A stretch of 63,325 bases of DNA, counting the filler, from Collodictyon triciliatum (taxonomy: Eukaryota), in assembly GCA_043381765.1 (NCBI GenBank). It is 39 parts of 39 records of this genome, joined end to end, with 100 filler letters (N's around TTAATTAATTAA, not from the genome) between each part and the next. Parts side by side here need not be neighbours in the genome. Positions count along the whole stretch, not along the records: positions 13,057 to 14,579 come from JBHJMP010010838.1; positions 14,680 to 16,209 come from JBHJMP010010839.1; positions 16,310 to 17,838 come from JBHJMP010010840.1; positions 17,939 to 19,467 come from JBHJMP010010841.1; positions 19,568 to 21,096 come from JBHJMP010010842.1; positions 21,197 to 22,722 come from JBHJMP010010843.1; positions 22,823 to 24,350 come from JBHJMP010010844.1; positions 24,451 to 25,978 come from JBHJMP010010845.1; 31 more parts are not named here. One strand, given 5' to 3'. The position numbers and the translations under genes are program-made. The notes below the pieces were generated by a model that had not been told where the DNA came from, made no database searches, and saw nothing but the letters and a program-made list of their open reading frames with translations. Below are positions 13,196 to 25,378 of the stretch, piece after piece (positions within the stretch are counted from its first letter, which is position 1; each line of letters begins with the position of its first letter).

Positions 13196-14387
13196 CGGAA
13201 TCAAAATCATTCTCTTGGATATTTTCGTGCTCTTCACTCGGTCCAGCCGTCATCTGTTAAAAAAAGGGGAATTTATTCAGTACTGCATCGTTAGTGAATA
13301 GCAAAAGAATTAATTTTAAAAAAAAAACAGAAGAATAAGAAAATATGTATGCAAAACTAACTTCAGCGGTTTCGCGGATGCACATACAACACGAATTAAT
13401 AATATCAATCCGCACAGTCTTTGCGAGTGCTGAATATGAATCATTGACCCAATAAGGAGAACAGTCTCAGTATTTCAGCAGACATGTTTATTGAAATAAA
13501 TGAATCACAACATAAATAAACTCACACAACAAAGCCAGTTCTTCAAGTGTGATTGGATTATTTGGACTGGGTTTGGACATTTTAATCCGCCATATAATCA
13601 AACTCGGAAATACTACATTTATCAACAAAGGTGAATTTTTCATGGTGTATTACATGTGTAGCTCTTTAGTTGTTCATATAGAGCCGTCATATTGGCTTAG
13701 TTTAAATCACCTTTGATCGATACCCATAATGCAAACAAACGGACAACATAGTAATTGGCTGTTGTCGTATTTTCATCATCAGGTTTATTATAGCTGAGGT
13801 AGAGTGCGCCCAGTCCAATATAGTATAGCCTTTTAATAGATTTTTTTAAGATTTCATATAATCATATTGTTGAAACACAAGAAATCAATGGGTGGGTCTT
13901 CTATGAACTTTTGTAGCATTTTGTTAACTGAAATTCATAAGTTTACCCAAAGACCACAGTTTGCCTCGTAAGATTTCCTAGGACATCCTTGAGGGTTGTG
14001 TGGAGCCTTATAGACTTTTCAAATAAAATTGGTGAATATGTTATTTTCTTTTTGACATACTCTAACCACCAAACAGGCCATTTTCTTCTACCAAAATATA
14101 ACAATAGAGAGGCAAACCCTTGTCCAAAACCTAGGTATTTTTTTCAAGAGTTATAATCTCAATATAGAAGTACCATGATTTGAAATTATAGCATTTATAA
14201 TGTTCTTTTGAAGCCACATACGAAGCTACATACTGTGAGTCAGTTTTCGAGTTCTCAAGCCTATAGTAGCCCAAGCCTATAACCGCCAGGGAGAAGAAGT
14301 AGTAAAACATCAAAGGAACAGACAAAAACAACAACCGCAAGACCTCCGCTTTAGGTTCCTCGTTAAATCCCTCGGTACTGTCGTCCC
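13196..14387 (-). pseudogene. 7TM receptor with a degenerate LR-x9-GI linker (GPCR-PIPK/RpkA-like); in-frame TAG at 14088-14090
   Basis: Seven phase-consistent exons with several TM helices, then LAKTVRIDIINSCCMCIRETAE; kinase domain is not on this scaffold. Confidence 0.55.
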
Positions 14388-14788
14388 CTAAAAATTGAAA
14401 TAAGTTCATGTGTCAAAAAACATAGTGAACGGGAAATGTATCTGTTATACAAGGACATATCATGTTAAGATAAATATATTTGAATCGAAAAAATGAAAAA
14501 TAATTTAGTATACATATGAGATAACCTGTAAAAATCAAAATATACTTATTTCAAACCAACACGCATAAAATTGCTCATCNNNNNNNNNNNNNNNNNNNNN
14601 NNNNNNNNNNNNNNNNNNNNNNNTTAATTAATTAANNNNNNNNNNNNNNNNNNNNNNNNNNNNNNNNNNNNNNNNNNNNTGAATAGCTCTGTTAGTTGAT
14701 GTGGTAAGAAATCTACCTACTCCTCGTGCTCCTCGTTGTGCGTAATTAACAATCATACATTTCCCAAGATAAAAATATAAGCTTGTTT

Positions 14789-16209
14789 ATGGATCCAAAG
14801 GATAAAGAATTTCAAACAAGATTAGAAAAAAATCTTGCTGCCGTCAAACAACTAAAACTTACAAAAGAGCAAGAACCCAAAGTATTAAAACCGTTATTTG
14901 ATTTTTTGCTTCCAATGCATAAACATCCTGAAAGAAAACCAAAATCTATTGATGCAGCAATTATAAAGCGAATTGTTTTGTTGGAATACCCCCGAGATAC
15001 ATTAGCTCAATCGTTTAAAGCTGCAGCAGAAGATTTTCAAAAAAAGCCACAAGGTGACATTTATCAAATGTATGCAGATAGAGGTGTTCCTGAAATTAGT
15101 GATAGATTAGGTAAAGTTTTTTTTGAAAGAGCATTGGCAAGACGTTTAACAATACAAGGTAAAACCGTTAGAAATGTAAGGATAAATTTAAACCCACCAA
15201 AACCAAAACCCGAAGTTAAATATGAACCAGGGGACCAAGAAGCCGACGAAGAAGAGGTTGATCTTATTACTCCTGCTCAATCAAGAGCACCTTCCGCTGC
15301 AAAAAGTGAATTAACAGAAGAATCACCAGGAGCCGATGAAGAAGAAGAAAAAGAAGAAGGGCAAGAAGAAGAAAAAGAAGAAGGGCAAGAAGAAGAAAAA
15401 GAAGAAGGGCAAGAAGAAGAAAAAGAAGAAGGGCAAGAAAAAGAAGAAGAATTTGGAGAAATAGACCCAGACCAATTTGAAGCAGACCGAGCAGCAATAG
15501 ATAAAGGTTATCAATCCGCCGAGTCGGGCTCACCAGATAGCTCACCAAACAAATCAAATGTATCAGCAGTTAGTGTTGATATGACAGTGGTGGCAGAAGA
15601 AGAAGATGATGAAAATACAATTACATTAGATCCTGACCAAATCAATCTTCGTTATGGTCTGCTTCGAAATACCATTTCAACCAACACCAAAGAAGTTTTT
15701 ATTTTGAGCTACCTACAAAAACGCAATAGGGGGGTTCCGGTTCCTACACATATTCACGCACTTTGTAATCGTATTTTAAAATTGCTGCGTGAACGGGGAG
15801 TTCTACAATACACAGACTTTCCAAAGTTTGTACCTTCAAGAGAATATGATGCTACAGAATGGGAGAACGCTGAAGAAGTATTAAATGAGTACTTTACCGT
15901 AGAAGTGACACAAATACTTTACAATATATATCTTAATGATGAGAAACCAGAAGAACTGAAAACTGCCAGACTGATTTTACTTGAACGATTGGCCGAAGAA
16001 GAGTTAGTTGCCGAAGAACTCTTAACACGCAGACAAAATAAAGAACGAGCTATTAGAGCCCAAGAAAGAGAAGCAAGAAGAGCTAAACAACTTGAAAGAG
16101 AAGAAATGATTAAAGCAGCTCGAGCAGCAGGTAAAAAAGCAGCAACAGCAGCCGTAGCAGCAGCAGGACCAACTGTTAAACAACAAATTCAAGAGATGCG
16201 ATTACAAAA
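14789..16209 (+). CDS. Intronless orphan protein (>473 aa) with acidic repeats and a C-terminal coiled coil, 3'-truncated
   Basis: Long uninterrupted ORF; 24-bp repeat encoding EEEKEEGQ at ~15340-15450. Confidence 0.8.
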
Positions 16210-16509
16210 NNNNNNNNNNNNNNNNNNNNNNNNNNNNNNNNNNNNNNNNNNNNTTAATTAATTAANNNNNNNNNNNNNNNNNNNNNNNNNNNNNNNNNNN
16301 NNNNNNNNNTTTTTGTTTTTGTTTTTGTTTTTGTTTTTGTTTTTGTTTTTGTTTTTGTTTTTGTTTTTGTTTTTGTTTTTGTTTTTGTTTTTGTTTTTGT
16401 TTTTTTTTAGTTTTTCTTTTTCTTTTTCTTTTCTTTCTACCCAGAACACAAAAACTCCAACCACACAATCCGGGGTTTTACACTGTCTTTTCCACAGATC
16501 ATTTCTTGT

Positions 16510-16830
16510 GCTAGAGGCGAAGGCGGTTTCCTCGGCTTTGTTTTCTTTCAATAAACTGTTGAAAAGAAACCAAAAAAAAAATCTTTGCTCAGCGTAGTGG
16601 GTCCAATAAATCGACTGGTCTTTGGGTCGGGTATGTGTTCCGTACCATTATTTTTTAACTCTTTGTAGTCGATGTCCATGCGCAGTTACCCATTCTCCTT
16701 CATTACTGATAACACTGGGGCTGTGAATGGCAAGATGCTCGGTCTTACAAATCCTTTTCCAGTAGCTCTTGCACATGTTTCTTCAGCTTGTCTTGCTCTG
16801 CAAAAGGGAAGGCGGTGCGTTAGTCTCCAT
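16510..16830 (-). mobile_element. Degenerate Ty3/Gypsy LTR-retrotransposon reverse transcriptase remnant
   Basis: Across frameshifts: AEQDKLKKHVQELLEK-GFVRPSILPFTAPVLSVMKENG*LRMDIDYKELK...NTYP...DLLDPLR*AKIF...ETAF, the canonical start of a gypsy RT. Confidence 0.85.
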
Positions 16831-17292
16831 GGAACTTCGTTGACTTACTTTAATTCATTTTTGTGTACGACGTTCCTTGTTGACAGCAATTCACAAGTCG
16901 TCTTGAAACACGCAGTTGTATATTTTAATTATATTGTGTAGCTCTTCTATTATGCCTTCCTTCGAGTTCCTGGGCTCTTTCTATTCATCAGAGTATATAT
17001 ATCCGGCAATTGCAGCATTTCTTCCTGTATGGTCTCTTCTTCTGAGAACTGATGTTCAGCATCTTCTCTTTTTATAGACCCTGGTCGATCTTTGTCACAT
17101 TCTACTTCATGGTTGTGCCTACGATCCATTTGGTGGAGAGCCGGAGCTTTTTTTTCTATTCCATACTATAGTTGACTTTCTTCGGTTGCCCTTGGTTCGT
17201 AGGTCGATATCGGTTTTCTTGATAGTGTCTTCCTGAGCTCGTGTCTGACTTCCTCGGGTGTCGTTAGTGCGTCCATTTGTGTATTTGAAAAA

Positions 17293-17838
17293 GTGGATCA
17301 TCAACCTGACAACACCGCAACTAGGGTTCTGACTGCACACGGCCCTACCGACATAATCCAGAGAAAAAGCGGCGTCTACCAAGGATGCCCTCTGGCGCCG
17401 CCATTCTTTAACTTTGTCGCCGACTGCCTTGCAATCCACTTCAGAAACAACAACAAAATCTGCAACCAATTCCTCCTGCAATATGCCGACGATACAGCCT
17501 TCATTCTTCGCTCCCCTGAAGGCGCCATCCTGGCAAATAAGTGCATGTAAGAATACACACTTGCAGTCGGAGGTAAATTCAACTTCAACAAAACAGACGG
17601 TATCCTATTCGGCCTACAGGATGGTGGAATCCTACCAGAAAACATCGACCGTAAATACCCAAATCACGCACTCAGATACCTGGGTATAATGTTTGGGAGC
17701 GGCTGCACAGAAAAGTGGGACAAGCTGGTCAACAATATCAAGTCCATAATCGCCTCTTGAAAGAGATTCCATCTTTCAGATATCGAAAAAGCAAGGCTAT
17801 GGAACCAACTCATGCTATCGACCCTCATCCGCAACATG
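17293..17838 (+). mobile_element. Non-LTR retrotransposon RT fragment, 5'-truncated, with stops
   Basis: SGVYQGCPLAP, LQYADDT (17482-17493), KFNFNKT, RYLGI; TAA 17548 and TGA 17758 in frame. Confidence 0.95.
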
Positions 17839-17938
17839 NNNNNNNNNNNNNNNNNNNNNNNNNNNNNNNNNNNNNNNNNNNNTTAATTAATTAANNNNNN
17901 NNNNNNNNNNNNNNNNNNNNNNNNNNNNNNNNNNNNNN

Positions 17939-19467
17939 GTGCCTGATTGTCCAGTCGACGAAAGGTTTGTCATTGCGTGTCGAAGACCCAGACCACTCGG
18001 TGCTGGCATCAAGAAGAGCGTTGAAGTCTCCACAGATGATGGTATGTTTCGCAGAATCCATCTCATTAGAGACATTCTCATACTCGTGTATTCTAGTATT
18101 TGAACCTGCTGTTTGGAGCGACATGTATGTCGTCATTATACGAGCGTCAGCTCCATCGATTTGGATAACGAGACTTATGCAGCGGCCAGGAATAATCTCT
18201 CTGAAGCGAGGATTGAGTTTGGCTATCCATTTCTTGCATAAAAACGCTACAACTGCATGTCTCTGTTGATTATCGTCACAGGACCACATTTGTGGACCTT
18301 TCCATATTTCATTGTTGGTTGGATTGCCAGGGCTGAGCCATGTTTCTTGGAGGCAGGTGATGTCTGCGTGAGAGAAAAGAGCATTGTCTAGGGCCTCTTT
18401 TCTTTTTTGGAGGTCGTTAATCCCCCTAACGTTCCGCGACAGAACTTTAAAACCCATGAATAATCTATTGGCATTTGGAGGCCGCAGCCCCCGGTGATTG
18501 GCCCTCTCCGCTGGAGCTGGGTTGCTCAGGGTGGGATGGTTTACTCGAGTTATCCTTCATTTGGCCGGTGTTATAATTGCTCGCGGTTCGGCCAGAATTT
18601 ATCGGATGGTCTTGGGCTTTTGGCTGCACCCCCTTTGTAGCTGGTGTGTTGGGAGATGCACTCTGTCGGTCACTAGTAACCCTCGGTTCCAATTTTTCCC
18701 CCTCATCCACGCGGTAGGCAGAGCCACCCATGTTTCCACTTTCATTCTGATTTGCTTTCTGGTTCGCTATATTCGGTGGTATACTTGACTGATTCGCCCT
18801 CTTTTCATCGGGCAAGGTTTTATCTTGGACCGTTTCGTTCTTTTTTGGTGCGCCAGTGATTGCAGGATGAGTAACCGGTGTTTTATGTTCATCTACGTTT
18901 CTTTTTCTTGCATTGGAAGCCGTTTCTCGCTGGGGAGTCGCAAGAGTTTCGACAGCAGGTCTGCTCCCATAAACAGTACTCGAAGAGTCATTTGTCGTTC
19001 CCGAAGCTTCAAGTTGCTCACTTTCGTCTTCAGCAGAACCTTCTATGATGACGACAGGTTGGATGGACTGTTGTTCTTCCAATCCCGAGTCTGGGACGTC
19101 GCTTCTTATGGATTGCGCAGCGTTATGCTGGGTGCCATTATGCTGTTTCCCGATTCTGTTACCGAGTTGGCTTGGGCTTCCCTTTCCTCGGCGTCTTCTC
19201 CATGGTTTAAAGGAGAGTTTGGTGAGCTATCATCAGCTTGAGGAGGTTGGAAATCTTGGAGGCTAGCGATGTTTCCTCCACTTACTTGGAGCCATTCCAC
19301 TATTTCTACTGCTTTCTCCGTGTTCATCGGCGAACTTGATGAAGCACTTTCGGGAAAATCGCCTGGTGTTTCGTCCATCATTTCGCTATCCATTTCTTGA
19401 TTTTGGGGCCGCTCTTGAACCTTTGTCTTGATTGAGACTTCGAGCACTTCATCCGCGGGCTTCTTGT
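17939..19467 (-). mobile_element. LINE copy A: ORF1 C-terminal region plus ORF2 APE endonuclease (ATG 18457)
   Basis: VLSRNVRGIN, DITCLQET, GRCI, IICGDFN; ORF1 TAG followed by a 7-nt spacer before ORF2. Confidence 0.95.
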
Positions 19468-19567
19468 NNNNNNNNNNNNNNNNNNNNNNNNNNNNNNNNN
19501 NNNNNNNNNNNTTAATTAATTAANNNNNNNNNNNNNNNNNNNNNNNNNNNNNNNNNNNNNNNNNNNN

Positions 19568-21096
19568 CAAGCGGCCACCAACAAACAAAACACCGCCACT
19601 CGCTTCTCAGGCTTCCACACAAAAGTAGCCGACTTCAGCGCTAAAGACTGGCCAACCGTGCAGGAATCGTCTGTGCAAAACAAGCCCAGAGCCCACAAAC
19701 AAGGCCAAAGGCAACACGCGTCGTCCTCTAATGCCAGAGGGAGAAATCGCGACAAGACACCCATGGATGAAGTGCTCGAAGTCTCAATCAAGACAAAGGT
19801 TCAAGAGCGGCCCCGAAATCAAGAAATGGATATCGAAATGATGGACGAAACACCAGGCGATCTTCCCGAAAGTGCATCAAGTTCGCCATTGAACACAGAG
19901 GAAGCAATATCAATCGTGGAATGGCTTCAAGGAAGTGGAGGAAACATCGATAGCCTCCAAGATTCCCAACCTCCTCAAGCCGATAATATCTCACCAAGCT
20001 CACCTTCAAATCATGGAGAGGATGCCGAGGAAAGGGAAACCCAAGCCAACTCGGTAACAGAATCGGGAAACAGCATAATGGCACCCAGCAAACCACATCC
20101 ACTAGCCTCCTTAGATGGCATGGCTCCTGGGACCACTCAAGAGACTCTTTCTTCAGCAAGTACTGCGCAATCCATAAGAAGCGACGTCCCAGACTCGGGA
20201 TTGGAAGAATAACAGTCCATCCAACCTGTCGTCATCATAGAAGTTTCTGCTGAAGAAGAAAGTGAGCACCTTGAAGCTTCGGGATCGACAAATTACTCCT
20301 CAAGTACTGTTTACGGGAGCAGACCTGCTGTCGAAATTCTTGCGACTCCCCAGCGAGAAACGGCTTCCAATGCAAGAAAAAGAAACGTAGATGAATATAA
20401 AACACCGGTTATTCATCCTGCAACCACTGGCGACCCAAAAAATATCGAAACCGTCGAAGATAAAGCCTCGCCCGAGGAAAAGAGAATGAATCAGTCAAGT
20501 ACACCACCGAATATAGCGAGCCAGAAGGCAAGCCAGAATGAAAGTGGAAACATGGGTGGCTCTGCCTACCGCATGGATGAGGGAGAAAAATTGGAACCGA
20601 GTGACACTGATGACCAACAGAGTGCATCTCCCAACACACCAGCTACAAAGGGGGTGCAGCCCAAAAGCCCAAGACAATCCGACAAATCCTGGCCGAACCG
20701 CGAGCAATTATAACACTGGCCAAATGAAGGACAGCCCGAGTAAACCATCCCACTCTGAGCAACCCAGCTCCAGCGGAGAGGGCAAACCACCGGAGGCTAC
20801 GGCCTCCAAAAACCAATAGATTATTCATGCGTTTTAACGTTCTGTCGTGGAACGTTGGGGGGATTAACGACCCCAAAAAAGAAAAGAGGCCCTAGACACT
20901 GCTCTTTTCTCTCATGCAGATAGCATCTGCCTTCAAGAAACATGGCTCAGCCCTGATAATCTAACCAACAATGAAATACGGAAAGGTCCGCAAATGTGGT
21001 CCTGTGACGATAATCAACAGAGATACTCAGGTGTAGCGTTTTTATGCAAGAAATGGATAGCCAAACTCAATCCTCGCTTCAGAGAGATTATTCCTG
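19568..21096 (+). mobile_element. LINE copy B: ORF1 plus start of APE (ATG 20827), with stop and frameshifts
   Basis: Closely similar to the reverse complement of copy A; MRFNVLSWNVGGIND...ICLQETW. Confidence 0.95.
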
Positions 21097-21870
21097 NNNN
21101 NNNNNNNNNNNNNNNNNNNNNNNNNNNNNNNNNNNNNNNNTTAATTAATTAANNNNNNNNNNNNNNNNNNNNNNNNNNNNNNNNNNNNNNNNNNNNATAA
21201 ATAAAAAATCAATAAAAATCAATAAAAATCAATAAAAATCAATAAAAAATCAATAAAAAATCAATAAAAAATCAATAAAAAAATAAAAAAATAGAATAAA
21301 AAGAAGACACATAACCACAGATTTAGAACGACAAAAGCAGTGACGTTAGCTACCTCACTCGTCCCATACCAACGCAGCGCATCTCTTTGTTGAGAGAGAA
21401 AAACCGCATCGACAATATTCAGCTTCAGCCGCGGGTTTCTGGCCTACACGGACCAACAAACACCATGAATCCTCCCCAGAATCAAAGCCACCCGCTCGAT
21501 CTAGAGCTCAATGACAAGAATAATAGACTGATGAAAAAAGAACCTGTGCAAGACCAGGAAAAACAAACAGCCAGTCGCGTTGCGCCATCCTTGTTTCCTG
21601 AATATCGATGCACTGGGCAGAAGTTTTCTCTTTGGAGTGGATAGTAAGGCAGGGAACATGTCAAAGAGGAGAAAACAAAGATGACACCAGATAGACAGCA
21701 AGTACGAAAGAATTGTGATAAAGGTACTGTACTAATTACACCATAATTCTCACATATGTAAAAACTCTCGCGTTGTCGCAGGTATTGTCAGAGTTCTTCA
21801 GCCAGGATTCCATCGCAACAAAGATTGTCACAAGTAGCTGCTTCCGCTTCAATCGTGGACCTAAGGGGCA

Positions 21871-21961
<91 letters not shown>

Positions 21962-22171
21962 TCCTCCTTTCTTTCTTTCTCCCTCTTTCAACTCTTGCAT
22001 ACTCAATCCATGGTCTCTGTGGAGTAAAAAAAGAAAAGAAAAGAAAAAAGAAGGGGCTTCTGAGAAGTCTGTTTGCGTTCTTTCCGAGAAACCCTGGACT
22101 TGACGAAGCGATCGATACTGACCGGCTGCTGTTGTTGGTTTTTTAGTCGGGAATACAAACGCCCGGCAGGA

Positions 22172-22288
22172 ATGGGTTCTGGCGTGTGTTCGTCAAAGGT
22201 TGATGTGTCGCTCTTCATCGACGGAGAAGATCGACTTGTGTTGGATCGACAGTCGCCGGGGACGCAGCAGCGCTTTCGCAGGGCAGAC
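22172..22288 (+). CDS. Possible first exon with an N-myristoylation-like start (MGSGVCS)
   Basis: GC-rich ORF ending at a GAC|gtatgc donor; no family recognised. Confidence 0.25.
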
Positions 22289-22368
22289 GTATGCGCTTCT
22301 GCTCTTTGCCGGCTTTGCCACCATATCAAAACCACGCTCACACGCACACAAAAAGATGCTAAAAAATA

Positions 22369-22404
<36 letters not shown>

Positions 22405-22822
22405 AAACTGTCAAAGCACAATTAATAGATATAATAAAAAAAAACAGATGTAATTATGACGATTACGTAATAAAAAAAACAGATGCAGTAAAATATTTAT
22501 GAAAGATACCCATAAAATCAATAAATTTAATAGATTCTGGACATTAATTGTAAATTCTTGTGTCTTAAAAAAATGTAATTCACATCAGATTTTCACACCT
22601 CATTCTACCAAGACTTTTTTTTACTTATTAAAGCACAAAAAAAAGCAAAAAGCAAAAAGCAAAAAACAAAAACCAAAAACCAAAAAAACCAAAAAAACCA
22701 AAAAAACCAAAAAAAACCAAAANNNNNNNNNNNNNNNNNNNNNNNNNNNNNNNNNNNNNNNNNNNNTTAATTAATTAANNNNNNNNNNNNNNNNNNNNNN
22801 NNNNNNNNNNNNNNNNNNNNNN

Positions 22823-22888
<66 letters not shown>

Positions 22889-23297
22889 CGTTATTGCAAA
22901 AGACCTTATCTGTGTTTTTAAGCGCGGCGATTGACGAAAATTCGGCGAAAATGAAACTAGAAGAATCGCTTGCAGCCTTTAGAAACGACTATTTCTATAT
23001 TAGATGTATATTTGTGGAAATTATGATTTATTGTTTTACTTTCTGGTTTGATTATGACAGATTGAAGCTATGAGTTCTTTTTATTGGCTGCTGTGATGTC
23101 TGCCTTATGCTTTTGTACTCACCATCGTTGATCGTTGAGAACGACTCCACAATTCTCCTTTCCACTGATTTCGTGCAGAGCGCTCGTCATCTTTTGCTTT
23201 CTGATCAAATCCGATTAACAAAGAACTTTACTGACCCGACGGTAACTTCAAGCAAAGGCGCAAATCTTTCGGCGCGAGGAGGTGCGGGCACTGGGAA

Positions 23298-24245
23298 ATG
23301 TTTGGAGGAGGTAATCGAGGATATTCATGCCTCCTCTGTTTTTTTTTTTCTCAAGCCATTCATTCTCCATGACTCAGACCCATCAAAGGCTTTGTGGATT
23401 CGATCTATGTAGTCGCTCAAAGACTGCACTTTGTATATATATCTTTAGAGCAAGAATGATTTTCATCCAGAATACAGGGCAACTGAGTATAAACTTGCTC
23501 TTTTTCTTTCACCTTTTCTTTCACTTTTTCTTTCATTCCCACAGACGAAATCGGCGCACTTGTTTTTGACTTTGGTGGCTCCACAACAAAGTTTGGGTAC
23601 GCCGGAGAAGACACACCACGATTCAACATACCGACGGTTTGTGCATTTTTTTTTGTTTTACTTGTGCCCAACATATTTTCACTATGCTCAATACATGGTT
23701 ATTATTCGATTACCCAATGGTGACATAACAGAAAAAAATGGCTGTCAATAATGCAGAGGAACTAAGCCTTAATCGCAGTATGTAGGCTCCGTTGATGAAG
23801 CAGCAGCATCAGTCGGGTCTGATTGTTAATGAACCGATGTATCTGCAAACACACCAAAGGAATAATTGTGAACCCATTAAAATTCTTTGCAGAGATCACA
23901 CTGAACACGCCGCAAACGGGGATGTGTCGATGGCAGAGTCATCGGCAGTAAAGACAACATCACCAAAAAGTAGTTTTGTGGGAAATCAGCAACTATCCGT
24001 CCGGCGAGATTTTATGAGCTTGCAGTCTCCATTTGCTGACGGATCCAGTAATAATTTGCCTTATATTCGTGCAGTATGTGTTGAACGTTTAAATAATTAT
24101 AGCTTTACTGTGAGGGCCATCAAATCCATTCCACTTTTTCTTTTAATGAGAAAATAATTGTATACATATGGAAATTGAATTATGTAGTTGCGAACTGGGA
24201 TGTGTTTGAGAAACTTTGTGGATATGCATTGAAGGATTGCCTCCA
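23298..24245 (+). CDS. ARP4: Actin-related protein 4 (ACTL6/BAF53), 5' part (5 exons)
   Basis: [38 protein letters not shown]...[28 protein letters not shown]. Confidence 0.92.
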
Positions 24246-24450
24246 GTAAGAATATAATAAAGATATAATAAAGATATAATAAAGATATAATAAAGATATA
24301 ATAAAGATATAATAAAGATATAATAAAGATATAATAAAGATATAATAAAGNNNNNNNNNNNNNNNNNNNNNNNNNNNNNNNNNNNNNNNNNNNNTTAATT
24401 AATTAANNNNNNNNNNNNNNNNNNNNNNNNNNNNNNNNNNNNNNNNNNNN

Positions 24451-25378
24451 AAATAAGACCCACAGCATATGTCCCCTTGTGACTGTCCAGAGTATTCTAG
24501 AGTCGTGGGTCATTTGGTATTGTGGGCCAAACAGGATGTCAGACGCGCTGAGTCGGCTGGGGGCATAATCAAGCTCAGAGAGCATCTTGTGGGTAGATTC
24601 TGTCACTTTTTGAGCAAGGGAGCACTTAATAAATGTGTCTTAAATATGATATCCACTTTGGCACATGGTGCATTCTGGAGAGGTCGTTGCTGCATGAACT
24701 ACACACGCACCTATCCACAGCTCTCTGTTGGAGATATTGAGAAGTAGGGCGCGGTGTTTCGGGAGTAACTGAGATATGCGGGGCTTGCTTCCAGCTTTTG
24801 ACTATTGGCAGGTCTATAATGCCCATATTTTCGGCCCAACGACTCATCTTCTCCGGTTTGTAGGGATTCGGACTGATGATTTTATATCGAAACAGCTTGG
24901 AGTACGCCATGGCCAACGTGAATTGCGGAGAGTCAGGCGTAATGGACCGCCTTTGGTTTTTCAGGCGAAAGAAAAATGGCGACGGTGCTCCGTATGAGAT
25001 GGGGCGTCGTGAGCGCCATTCTCCTTTGTTGTTCAGGACGGCTGTGGTTGGGGTTGCATTCGAGGAGTGAAATATCGTTGCATTTTTCGACGGTGCGAAG
25101 CTTCCATCCTTTTGGAAAGTAACTTGTTGAAGGATGAAGGAGCTGATTCCTTCTCTCGACTTGATGATGCAGAAGCCTTTCGCTCTATCCCAGCAAAGTT
25201 GGCCTGTACCCGCATGTAGTTGGGTAGACTCGCACATTTCACAGTTTTCATACAGAATATTCCACCGCGCTAGTAGCGGCTCGGGCGTGTTTGGCGGGGG
25301 TGATGGGATTCTGCTCTCACAGAGCTGTGCCTTGAAGTTCGGGCATATGCGATGGGTAAAATGCCACACTCCCAAAGA
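24451..25378 (-). mobile_element. LINE ORF2 C-terminal region including a degenerate zinc finger, 5'-truncated
   Basis: Near-identical overlap with 50086-50358 (ICPNFKAQLC...QVTFQKDGSF); ELWIG...CTMC homologous to 53224-53577. Confidence 0.9.

Noticed and set aside
14680..14745. End of an upstream ORF (IALLVDVVRNLPTPRAPRCA*) implying virus-like gene packing
   Set aside because: An in-frame TGA sits at the scaffold edge and the segment is too short to support
17939..21096. Large inverted repeat formed by LINE copies A and B
   Set aside because: They are separate scaffolds, adjacent only because they have similar lengths
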